From NCBI GenBank assembly GCA_049841275.1, contig JASGDN010000042.1, forward strand, positions 11,520 through 75,519: a stretch of 64,000 nucleotides of DNA, written 5' to 3'. The notes under the pieces are model-generated. The model worked only from the letters and a program-made list of their open reading frames with translations. It ran no database searches and was not told where the DNA came from. A program made the position numbers and the translations under genes. Positions 55,962 through 64,000 of the stretch are shown one piece after another. Every line of letters starts with the position of its first letter. The first letter of the stretch is position 1. Source of the stretch: Thermomicrobiales bacterium. Its GTDB lineage: Bacteria; Chloroflexota; Chloroflexia; Thermomicrobiales; UBA6265.

Positions 55962-56905
55962 ATGGCGCGTCGCCATGCCGCCGGGAAACGCGACATCACA
56001 TAGCCGGGCAAGACGTTGAAAACGATCGGGGCCTGGCAGCATCCAATCGCCGAACCACCCGGCTGAACATCGGATGTCGTGAGCGATGCCCCAGAGGGCA
56101 TGAGCGACCACGAACGCGGGAAGCAGGCGATCGTCCGCCTCGGAAGGCGGCGAGACCGCGGTGTATCCCTCACGATACGCAGCCCAGAGCGACCCGGCGC
56201 GCGCCGGGTCCGTCATGGCCCGTCCCGCAAGACTGACCATGCCGAACACACGCCACGACCACCCGGCAAGGTCGAAATCGAAGAAGCCGATCTCGTCGCC
56301 AGCGACGATGAGATTGTCCAGGGTGGCATCTCCGTGGCAATAGGTCATCGCGGCGCCCTCGCCCCACCGCGCGACAGCCAACGTGATGGCGGATCGCGCA
56401 GCCAGTACGACGCGCAGACCCGCATCAGGAGCAACACGGGCGATCACATCCACCGATTCCTCGACCAGCGTCTCATATCCCAGTGGCGATCATCCGGGCT
56501 TGGTGCCAGGGTGGACAGGCCTTCGTGCAACCGGGCAACCGCTTCACCGACGCGGCGACGGTCGAATGAGGGCGGCGGCTTCACCCCTGGCAGCCAGGCA
56601 TGGACAGTCAGCGCCCGCTCGCCTTCGGGTGTCGATACCCCGATCGCCAGGTCACCGGAAGCCGCCCGGACCGGCTCTGGCACGACGATGCCAGATTGGC
56701 GGGCGTGCCGAAGAATCGCCGCCTCGCGCTTGGCATCAGGCGCCGAACGCCATCCACGACGAGCGAGCTTGACCGCGTAGGCGCCGTCCATCATCTCGAG
56801 ACGATAGACCTCATTCACGTACGTCCGATGCAACCGGCACGATGTCACGGGTCCCAGGGTGAAGCGATCGCCCACGATCCGGGCGATCGCTGCCGGACCC
56901 AGCAC
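55956..56905 (-). pseudogene. aminoglycoside/homoserine-kinase-type phosphotransferase (APH family), disrupted by a 1-nt frameshift
   Basis: The N-terminal ORF 56444-56905 (nucleotide-binding lobe) and the C-terminal ORF 55956-56453 (CHGDATLDNLIV...FFDFDLAG catalytic motifs) overlap by 10 nt. Reading ...DDRHWDM then shifting one base gives ETLVEESVDVIARV, a continuous protein. Confidence 0.7.
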
Positions 56906-56946
56906 GGTGTGCTGGACCGGAGCAGGCTCGTTCGCGGTCGGGGATA

Positions 56947-57690
56947 TCAGGTCGCCGGCGCGATCGCCGCGCGCTGGGCCACGAAGAGTTCATCGAGTCC
57001 GGTACTTGCCAGCGCGAGCATCGTCTCCAGCGTGTGGTAGTCGAACGGATCGTGCTCCGCTGTGCCCTGGATTTCGACGAATGCGCCCTTATCGGTCATC
57101 ACGATATTGGCGTCCACATCTGCCCTCGAATCCTCACTGTAGTCGAGATCCAGCACCGGGACACCTTTCACGACGCCCACGCTGATCGCTGCGACCATCG
57201 CCATGAGCGGATTCTGGCGGATCTTCCTTTCCCGTACCAGCCGTTCGCACGCCAGCGCAAGCGCCACGTAACCACCGGTAATGCTGGCGCAGCGCGTGCC
57301 GCCATCGGCACGGATGACATCGCAATCGATGACGATCTGCCGCTCTCCGAGCGCCTTCATGTCCATCACCGAGCGCAACGCCCGCCCGATCAGCCGCTGA
57401 ATCTCGACCGTGCGTCCGCCCTGGCGGCCCTTCGCTGCCTCACGGCCGGTGCGTTCCTTGGTCGCGCGCGGCAGCATCGAGTATTCGGCCGTAACCCACC
57501 CCGTGCCCGTGCCCTTCATCCAGCGCGGTACCTGCTCGTCGACGCTGGCCGTGCAGATGACGTGCGTCTCGCCGATCCTCACGAGCGCAGATCCCTCGGC
57601 GTACGGCATCGGATTCGGCTCGATCGACACGGGCCGCAGGCCATCAATAGTGCGCCCGTAGGAACGGCGCATCGGAACGACGATCGTCAT
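56947..57690 (-). CDS. rph: ribonuclease PH
   Basis: The ATG at 57690 has AGGAG 8 nt upstream. [15 protein letters not shown]...[17 protein letters not shown]...[18 protein letters not shown]. 247 aa. Confidence 0.95.
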   Translation of the reverse strand: MTIVVPMRRSYGRTIDGLRPVSIEPNPMPYAEGSALVRIGETHVICTASVDEQVPRWMKGTGTGWVTAEYSMLPRATKERTGREAAKGRQGGRTVEIQRLIGRALRSVMDMKALGERQIVIDCDVIRADGGTRCASITGGYVALALACERLVRERKIRQNPLMAMVAAISVGVVKGVPVLDLDYSEDSRADVDANIVMTDKGAFVEIQGTAEHDPFDYHTLETMLALASTGLDELFVAQRAAIAPAT

Positions 57691-57727
57691 AGGGGGAACT
57701 CCTGAAGAACACGGACGAGGAACGGCC

Positions 57728-59074
57728 TCACGATGGGGACGATTCCGGCTTCTCCGTCGTCTGCGCATAGATCTCGCGGATGCGCTGCATCCGCTGGGCC
57801 AGGTTGCGCTCGAAGCCACGATCGAACGGGTGGTAATAGGTGCGACCTTCGAGATTGTCCGGGAGGTTCTGCTGCCCGATGATGCCTTCCTCGAAGTCGT
57901 GGGCGTATTTGTAGCCCTTGCCGTAGCCACTCTCCTTCATCAGCCGCGTCGGCGCATTCCGGAGATGCAACGGCACCGGATCGTTGCGCGTCTGCTCGAC
58001 ATCACGCCGGGCCTCGCCGTAGGCCTTGTAGATCGCGTTCGACTTCGGAGCGAGCGCGAGATAGACGGCCAATTCGGCCAGCGCCAGCGCCCCCTCCGGC
58101 ATTCCGATGAAGTGGACGGCCTGCTGGGCGGCCATCGCTAGCTCCAACGCCTGGGGATCGGCAAGCCCGACATCCTCCGACGCGAAGCGGACGAGCCGCC
58201 GCGCGACGTACAGCGGGTCGTCACCCCGCTCCAGCATCCGTGCGAGCCAGTAGAGCGCGGCATCGGCATCGGACCTGCGCAACGTCTTGTGCAGCGCGGA
58301 AATCGCGTCGTAGTGATCGTCTCCGCCCTTGTCGTAGGTGGCGGCACGGCGTTGGGCCGCCTCCTGCACGAGGGAATCGGTGATCGTGCAATCCTCGCCG
58401 ACGCCGACAGACGCGAGTTCGAGCGTATTCAGGGCGAAGCGGGCATCGCCATTCGCCATGTTCGCAAGCAGGTCCAGCGCATCGTCGGTAATCGTGAGAT
58501 GCTGGGCGCCGAGCCCCCGCTCCACATCGACAAGCGCACGCCGGGCGATCGTCTTGATGCTCTCGTCGGACAACGCACGGAGGGTGATGACACGAGAGCG
58601 GGAAAGGAGGGGCGCGTTGACCTCGAAGGACGGGTTCTCGGTCGTCGCGCCGATCAGGATCACCGTGCCGTCCTCGACGTGCGGCAGGATAGCGTCCTGC
58701 TGGGCCTTGTTGAAGCGGTGAATCTCGTCGATGAAGAGGACGGTGCGTTCACCACGCATGCCGAGACGGTCCTGGGCATCGGCGATGGCGCGCCGAAGAT
58801 CGGCCACGCCAGAGGTGACGGCGCTGACCGCCTCGAACGAGGCGCGGGTGGCGGTCGCGATGATGCGGGCAAGGGTCGTCTTGCCCGCGCCGGGCGGACC
58901 CCAGAGGATGATGGAAGAGAGGCGGTCGGCCTCGATTGCCTTGCGCAACAACGTATTCGGCCCGAGGACATGTTCCTGCCCGACGAGTTCGTCGAGGGTG
59001 CGGGGCCGCATGCGGGTGGCGAGAGGTGCGCGGCCTTCCAGCTGGCGCTGCCGGTTGGCCTCGAAGAGGTCCAT
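57728..59074 (-). CDS. rarA: replication-associated recombination protein A (AAA+ ATPase)
   Basis: 448 aa. Walker [10 protein letters not shown], Walker [12 protein letters not shown], and the C-terminal MgsA domain ([16 protein letters not shown]...). Confidence 0.95.
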   Translation of the reverse strand: MDLFEANRQRQLEGRAPLATRMRPRTLDELVGQEHVLGPNTLLRKAIEADRLSSIILWGPPGAGKTTLARIIATATRASFEAVSAVTSGVADLRRAIADAQDRLGMRGERTVLFIDEIHRFNKAQQDAILPHVEDGTVILIGATTENPSFEVNAPLLSRSRVITLRALSDESIKTIARRALVDVERGLGAQHLTITDDALDLLANMANGDARFALNTLELASVGVGEDCTITDSLVQEAAQRRAATYDKGGDDHYDAISALHKTLRRSDADAALYWLARMLERGDDPLYVARRLVRFASEDVGLADPQALELAMAAQQAVHFIGMPEGALALAELAVYLALAPKSNAIYKAYGEARRDVEQTRNDPVPLHLRNAPTRLMKESGYGKGYKYAHDFEEGIIGQQNLPDNLEGRTYYHPFDRGFERNLAQRMQRIREIYAQTTEKPESSPS

Positions 59075-59179
59075 CAGGCAACCAGATCAGGTGCGGTGTG
59101 ATGGGGAGGACCGGCCAGGAGCGCATCGCCATGTCGCGGCGGGGCGATCACCGGCATCGCGGTCGTGACGGACTTCGCG

Positions 59180-59401
59180 CTACTCATCGGTTTCGAGCTC
59201 CGCCGCGCGGCGTTCGAGATCGGCAATCAGCGCCTCCAGTTGTTCGCGATTCTCAATCCCGTTCTCGTCAAGGATTTCCAGCACATCCTCGAGTTCATCG
59301 ATGCGGGAGAGCAACGCATACATCGATTCTTTCGCGGATTGCTTCTGGGAACGATGCTGGGCGAGGATCGTGATCTTGGCAGATTCGGAAGACTCGGTCA
59401 T
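59180..59401 (-). CDS. hypothetical small acidic coiled-coil protein
   Basis: 73 aa from the ATG at 59401 (MTESSESAKITILAQHRS...LEALIADLERRAAELETDE). High GC3, 28 nt downstream of the preceding gene. Weak RBS. No family recognised. Confidence 0.5.
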   Translation of the reverse strand: MTESSESAKITILAQHRSQKQSAKESMYALLSRIDELEDVLEILDENGIENREQLEALIADLERRAAELETDE

Positions 59402-59429
59402 GGTCGAATACCCTTGTGACACGCGATGC

Positions 59430-60443
59430 TCATGCAACAACCGAGAGCAACGCCAGTGCTACACCGGCGACACCGGCGAACTCGATGAGGTCGCGGCCCG
59501 CCACGCGGTCCCGCTGGGCCTGCACGAGCATGAGTCCTGCCGTCGCATAGAAGATGGCCAGCAGGACTGCGCCGCCGGTCCAGCCGTATGTCGGCCACCA
59601 GTTCAGTGGAACCATCATCGTGCCAACGATCCAGCCACCAAGGATGGCAGAGACGACGCGGCGCGACGGATCGACATTGCCCCGCTCCAGCGTCTCCAGC
59701 ACGAGCACCCCGGCGATCACGCCAACCGCCGGAGCGGCGAGTGCAGTTGAGAGCTTGTTCAGGTAGATGGCGCTGAAGGCCAGGAAGGCGACCGAATGCA
59801 CCACCAGCGTGTGCAACGTCGAGGCGATCCGGCCAGACTGTTCGTCAGCCTCATCCAGCAGGTCACGGGAAAGCAATGATCCCGCCACGCCAAGGAAGCC
59901 AATGAGCGGCCCGACGATCAGCATCACGCGATTGTGGAACGTCGCAATGAGCAGGACCGCCGAAAGAGTCGCCACGAACGGCACAGCCCACGCGGTAGCC
60001 ATCGATGTCAGCGGCCGCCCTTCGCCGACCGCCTCCGCAGCCCTGGTCGCAGTGCGTTCGGCAAACTGGGCGCCAATGGCGGCGATCACCAGCACGGCGA
60101 CCGCAATGATCCAGAAAAGCGCGTCGGTCTGTTCGAGGACCGGCGGATCGGCATCCTTGCCGGTGCCAACCGAAATGACCGCCAGCAGCAACAGCCCGGC
60201 GGCGGCCAGCAGGCTGACCACAACCCCTTGTCCGTAGGCGGGTTGGCGGCTCTCCGCGGTGGCGATGCCGAGGCCGAAGACCTTGTGCCGGTCGTCCTGG
60301 CTGGGATCGAGCGCCTCGTCGACCTCCGGGGGCAGCGATCGCCGCAACGCGGCCTGAGGATCATCGCGCCGGAAGGAACGTCGCGGTCGTCGCGGATCAT
60401 GGCTCTGGTTCATCGTCAGGAGATGCTCCTCGATCCGGCTCAT
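59430..60443 (-). CDS. hypothetical polytopic membrane protein
   Basis: Basic cytoplasmic N-terminus followed by about 8 hydrophobic segments. The start is ATG 60443 or 60413, because the ORF-track start at 60641 would overlap tsaC. No family recognised. Confidence 0.65.
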   Translation of the reverse strand: MSRIEEHLLTMNQSHDPRRPRRSFRRDDPQAALRRSLPPEVDEALDPSQDDRHKVFGLGIATAESRQPAYGQGVVVSLLAAAGLLLLAVISVGTGKDADPPVLEQTDALFWIIAVAVLVIAAIGAQFAERTATRAAEAVGEGRPLTSMATAWAVPFVATLSAVLLIATFHNRVMLIVGPLIGFLGVAGSLLSRDLLDEADEQSGRIASTLHTLVVHSVAFLAFSAIYLNKLSTALAAPAVGVIAGVLVLETLERGNVDPSRRVVSAILGGWIVGTMMVPLNWWPTYGWTGGAVLLAIFYATAGLMLVQAQRDRVAGRDLIEFAGVAGVALALLSVVA

Positions 60444-60498
60444 TGCCGGAGCGGCTGAACGCCGACCTGGTAGTCGAACGGAAGGCCGCGCATGCGGG

Positions 60499-61140
60499 TC
60501 ATTTCCGGGACGAAGCCTGAACGAGACGCCAGGCGGCCTGGATCGTCCCGGCGGGAATGGCCCCTTCCCGGATGATATGGATGGTATCACCTTCGAGCCG
60601 GATGACCGTCGACGCCTTGCCATTCCGGGAGATTCCGCCATCGAGAATCAGGTCGAGGCGATTCCGGAGCGGCTGGGAGATCTCGCTCGCCTTTGTCGCG
60701 GGCGGCTGCCCGGAGATGTTCGCGCTGGTGGTCGCCAGCACACCACCGACCCGCTGCGCGAGCGTCAGGGCGATCGAGTGCGCGGGCACGCGCACGCCAA
60801 CCGTACTGTCGGCGGCGATCACCTGCGGGGGCAACGATGGTTTCGCCGGCACCGCGACCGTGAGCGGCCCGGGCCAGAAGCGGCTGGCGAGGGCAAGCAG
60901 GAGCGGGTCGACGCCGGTGGAAACTTTCGCAAGATCGCCGGACGACGCCAGGAGAATCGGCAAGGGCGCCTCTGCCTTCCGTCCCTTGATCTCGTAGATC
61001 CGGCCGAGCGCTCCCGGATAGTGGATGGACGCGCCGACCCCATACACGGTGTCCGTGGGATACGCGATCACACCGCCCCGCTGAAGCGCGGCAATCGCCT
61101 GTTCGAGCGCACGGGGTTCCTCGAGCCGGAGCAGGACCAT
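60499..61140 (-). CDS. tsaC: L-threonylcarbamoyladenylate synthase (YrdC/TsaC type)
   Basis: GGVIAYPTDTVYGVGAS...FWPGPLTVAV...VGVRVPAH...TSANISG is the YrdC domain, with no Sua5 C-domain. I chose the ATG at 61140 (AAAGGA 8 nt upstream). Alternatives are 61149, 61161 and 61185. Confidence 0.85.
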   Translation of the reverse strand: MVLLRLEEPRALEQAIAALQRGGVIAYPTDTVYGVGASIHYPGALGRIYEIKGRKAEAPLPILLASSGDLAKVSTGVDPLLLALASRFWPGPLTVAVPAKPSLPPQVIAADSTVGVRVPAHSIALTLAQRVGGVLATTSANISGQPPATKASEISQPLRNRLDLILDGGISRNGKASTVIRLEGDTIHIIREGAIPAGTIQAAWRLVQASSRK

Positions 61141-61209
61141 CGGCAACATCCTTTTCGCCATGCATGGCGACACGATCGAGAACAACAGCAGCGGGAACCG
61201 GGAACGCGT

Positions 61210-63057
61210 TCAGGCCGATCCCAGCGTGGCCTTGATCTGCTCGGCGACTTGCCGGTTGACGCCCTCGACGGCGAGCAGGTCCTCCACACTGGCTTCGCGA
61301 ATGGCCTTCACCGAACCGAAGTGGCGGATCAAGGCCTTCTTCCGCACCGGGCCGATACCCGGAACGTCGTCGAGACCGGACTTGAACGCCGCTTTCGAAC
61401 GCTTGGCGCGGTGGAAGGTGATCGCGAAACGATGCGCCTCGTCGCGTACGCGCTGGACGAGGAAGAGCGCCTGGGAATCGCGCGGCAGCATGATCGAATC
61501 GGACCGCCCCGGCAGGAAGATCTCCTCGTTCTCCTTGGCGAGACCGCAGATCGGCACGGACATGCCCGTCTCTTCGAGCGCCTCCAGCGCAGCACCAAGC
61601 TGCCCCTTGCCACCGTCGATGATGACGAGGTCGGGCAGCGTCGTCCAGTTGCCCTGCTCTTCCTCGTCCATCTCGGCGGCACGGCGGAAGCGCCGGCCAA
61701 CGATCTCCTTCATCGACGCGAAGTCGTTGGCGCCGACGACGGTCTTGATGTTGAAGCGGCGATATTCCTTCTTGGCCGGCTTGCCATCCTCGAAGACCAC
61801 CATGCTGGCGACGGGATTGGTGCCCTGAAAGTTCGAGTTGTCATAACACTCGATACGGCGAGGCAAGCGCGGTAGATCCAGCGCATCGGCCAGCTCGGTC
61901 ATCGCGGCGGTCATCTTCATCTCGTCGGAAAGGAACTTCAGCCGCGACTGCTCCAGGTTCTCGGCCGCGCTCTTGGCGACCATTTCCACGAGGCCGCGCT
62001 TGTCGCCGCGCTGCGGGACATGGAGGGTGACCTTCAAGCCATCGCGGCGCTGCTGAAGCCAGGGGAGGATTACTTCCTCGTCGGTCTTCGGAAGCGCATG
62101 CTGCACGATCAGCTGGGGCGGGACGACGGCAGCCTCGTCGTAGAACTGCGTGATGAAACTGGAGATGATCTCGACCGGCGTATCGCTGATAGCGGTCTGC
62201 ATCGGGAAGAACTCGGAGCCGATGATCTTGCCGTTGCGCAGGAAACCGACCTGCACGCCGGCGTCGCCGCCAGCGCTCTGGGCGACGGCGATGATGTCCG
62301 CGTTGGTGTCCTGCGATGAGACGATCTTCTGGCGTTCGAGGACGTGGGTCACCGCCTGCAGGCGGTCGCGCAATTCGCCGGCACGCTCGAAGTTCCACGC
62401 TTCGGCGGCCTGCTCCATCTCGGCCTGCAGATCCTCGACGATCTCCTCGCCGCGACCGGAGAGGAAGAGCGCCGCACTCTCGATCGACCGCATGTAGGTG
62501 TCGCGATCGACGGCCGAGATGCAGGGTGCGCTGCACTGGTGCATGTGGTAGTAGAGGCAGAGTTCGTCGTGACCGGTGATCTTCTTGTCGCATTTGCGAT
62601 AGGGGAAGAGCCGGTTCAGCAGGTTGATCGTCTTGTAGGCCGCGCCAGCCGAGGTATACGGCCCGAAATAGCGGCTGCCATCCTTCACGATCTGGCGCGT
62701 GCTGACCACACGCGGCCATTCCTCGTTCGTGATACGGATGTACGGATAGGTCTTGCTGTCCTTGAGCATCACGTTGTACTTGGGCCAGTACTTCTTGATG
62801 AGCTCGTTCTCGAGGATCAACGCCTCGGTTGCCGTGTCGGTCCGGATGACTTCGAAGTCGACGATATGGGCGACCAGTTCGCGCGTCTTCGGATCCTTGT
62901 GCCGTTGTGACTGGAAATAGGATCGCACGCGGTTGCGCAGGGCGATCGCCTTGCCCACATAGATCACCGCGCCCTCGGCGTCCTTCATGAGGTAGACGCC
63001 GGGAGCCTGGGCCAGGGCAGATAGGCGTTGGGAGAAATCGGGTCGTTCGATAGCCAT
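61210..63057 (-). CDS. uvrC: excinuclease ABC subunit C
   Basis: 615 aa. GIY-YIG (PGVYLMKDAEGAVIYVGKA), UVR domain, endonuclease domain and a C-terminal (HhH)2 (IPGIGPVRKKALIRHFGS). Confidence 0.95.
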   Translation of the reverse strand: MAIERPDFSQRLSALAQAPGVYLMKDAEGAVIYVGKAIALRNRVRSYFQSQRHKDPKTRELVAHIVDFEVIRTDTATEALILENELIKKYWPKYNVMLKDSKTYPYIRITNEEWPRVVSTRQIVKDGSRYFGPYTSAGAAYKTINLLNRLFPYRKCDKKITGHDELCLYYHMHQCSAPCISAVDRDTYMRSIESAALFLSGRGEEIVEDLQAEMEQAAEAWNFERAGELRDRLQAVTHVLERQKIVSSQDTNADIIAVAQSAGGDAGVQVGFLRNGKIIGSEFFPMQTAISDTPVEIISSFITQFYDEAAVVPPQLIVQHALPKTDEEVILPWLQQRRDGLKVTLHVPQRGDKRGLVEMVAKSAAENLEQSRLKFLSDEMKMTAAMTELADALDLPRLPRRIECYDNSNFQGTNPVASMVVFEDGKPAKKEYRRFNIKTVVGANDFASMKEIVGRRFRRAAEMDEEEQGNWTTLPDLVIIDGGKGQLGAALEALEETGMSVPICGLAKENEEIFLPGRSDSIMLPRDSQALFLVQRVRDEAHRFAITFHRAKRSKAAFKSGLDDVPGIGPVRKKALIRHFGSVKAIREASVEDLLAVEGVNRQVAEQIKATLGSA

Positions 63058-63101
63058 CTTGCGGTCAAGTATACCGGAACACCCGTTCGGGACGAACGTT
63101 G

Positions 63102-63139
63102 ACGCCCTGCCCGTCTGGTTCGCCGGACGGGCAGGGCGT
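63102..63139 (-). terminator. terminator-like hairpin between small-protein gene and uvrC
   Basis: Perfect 14-bp stem ACGCCCTGCCCGTC (63102-63115) / GACGGGCAGGGCGT (63126-63139). A TATACT -10-like hexamer (63069-63074 on the minus strand) follows upstream of uvrC. Confidence 0.5.
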
Positions 63140-63177
63140 ACAAGCGGCAGGTGCGATTTCTGGCGCGGCGGTTGCCG

Positions 63178-63378
63178 CTACTGAGGGTTGTCGCCGATCT
63201 GCTTCTTCGCGTCGGAAACGAGCTGGTCGAGATTCCGGCCCTTCTGTCCATCGCGGGGAGCGCGGGTGGAGTCGCCGTCATCGTTCCCCTTGCTGGCAGG
63301 GGTTTGGGACTGATCGCCCTGAGATGGGTCCTCCCCGCCAAGGATCTCGTTGATGGCATCGACGATCTTGTCAACCAT
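63178..63378 (-). CDS. hypothetical small acidic protein
   Basis: 66 aa (MVDKIVDAINEILGGEDPSQ...). Strong RBS, with GAAGGAGG 6 nt upstream of the ATG at 63378. Confidence 0.65.
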   Translation of the reverse strand: MVDKIVDAINEILGGEDPSQGDQSQTPASKGNDDGDSTRAPRDGQKGRNLDQLVSDAKKQIGDNPQ

Positions 63379-63431
63379 TCGCTTCCTCCTTCGCTGCAGG
63401 TCCGGCGCCGGAATAAAGATATCCCGGCGGG

Positions 63432-63857
63432 TTACTTCGTGAGGAACTGTTTCGCCAAGTTGACCAGGTCGTCGGCGCTGTCGATCTGGCCGACGTTCGC
63501 CTTCGAGACCTGGTCGATGATGCCGTCCGGCAGACCGGCCTTCTTCAGGAGCGGTCCAAGATCGTCGGCGTCAATCGGGAAGTCGATACCCTTGACCGCC
63601 TCCATGACCCCGCTCAACCCGCCGAGTTCCTTGACGATCCCACCGAGGCCACCGGCCTGATCGACCAGCCCACTCAGTTCATTGGAGAGGTTGCCCAGCG
63701 ACGCGCCATCCGTCGAAGCGGTAGCGGAATCGACTGCGCCTTCCGCCTTTGCGGCGACATTGTCGACGGCGGCAGAAGCATCGGAAACAGCCTTCTCGGC
63801 CGAATCCGTCTTCCCCTGGAGGACATCTCCCACCGCTTCCTTGATCTTGTCGAACAT
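63432..63857 (-). CDS. DUF2795-like domain protein with CsbD-like N-terminus
   Basis: The ATG at 63857 has AAGGGG 5 nt upstream. The C-terminal GIDFPIDADDLGPLLKKAGLPDGIIDQVSK...DSADDLVNLAKQF fits the DUF2795 pattern. The N-terminal MFDKIKEAVGDVLQGKTD resembles the neighbouring small protein. Confidence 0.6.
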   Translation of the reverse strand: MFDKIKEAVGDVLQGKTDSAEKAVSDASAAVDNVAAKAEGAVDSATASTDGASLGNLSNELSGLVDQAGGLGGIVKELGGLSGVMEAVKGIDFPIDADDLGPLLKKAGLPDGIIDQVSKANVGQIDSADDLVNLAKQFLTK

Positions 63858-64000
63858 AGAGTCCCCTTTTCTGCCGATGCGCCGCGCCAAAAGCTACGCT
63901 CTCCATGCCGTCCGTCGGCACACTTCACGCTGGTGCATCTCACGGGAACTATGACGAGACAAGGTACGTTCGTCAACAATCCGAGCAGATCCATCCCCCC

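Noticed and set aside
56864-56890. Palindrome GCGATCGCCC-ACGATCC-GGGCGATCGC as another family A repeat copy
   Set aside because: It lies inside the coding N-lobe of the APH-like gene, where it encodes a plausible protein. It also lacks the GTAG/CTAC ends and the two-module architecture.

Overview
The window is GC-rich with strong third-position GC bias. It looks like a bacterial chromosomal segment from an Actinobacteria- or Chloroflexi-like genome, but the taxon cannot be fixed without a database search. It is densely coding. I support about 56 protein genes and found no rRNA, tRNA, CRISPR array, transposase or prophage gene. Many long ORFs in the supplied track are antisense shadow ORFs, or N-terminal over-extensions of real genes. 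The track also shows GTG/TTG starts as M. I re-derived starts from RBS spacing, ATGA/GTGA coupling overlaps and family-typical N-termini. Core housekeeping genes include ispG, rseP, ald, a Xer-type recombinase, glyQS, mutY, coaE, an ABC-F ATPase, rarD, lysA, sigA/rpoD, obg, plsC, cmk, rluB, a D-Ala-D-Ala carboxypeptidase, rph, rarA, tsaC and uvrC. The accessory-looking parts are: (i) a NitT/TauT-type ABC importer operon that ends in menA (9.5-13.3 kb); (ii) an 11-kb minus-strand operon of DUF2264, a heparinase II/III-like protein and a five-gene Opp/Dpp-type ABC importer (13.6-24.3 kb); (iii) a divergent GntR, Gfo/Idh/MocA, DUF993 and TIM-barrel isomerase operon (25.0-29.1 kb); (iv) a ThuA, Gfo/Idh/MocA and metallophosphoesterase operon (6.3-9.3 kb). 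Non-genic signals include an A/T-only palindrome, TATATGATATA, present three times and only in the gaps of the glycan locus. There are also two families of palindromic intergenic repeats, several strong bidirectional terminator hairpins and several long structured leaders. Gene-decay signals are a frameshifted APH-type kinase, a truncated VOC gene and a HisC-like protein that lacks the PLP lysine. I see no defence system. The best candidates for something undescribed are the ABC-importer/menA fusion operon (possible quinone head-group salvage) and the palindrome-controlled cytoplasmic glycan-oxidation and cleavage regulon. Both are hypotheses resting on synteny and motifs only.
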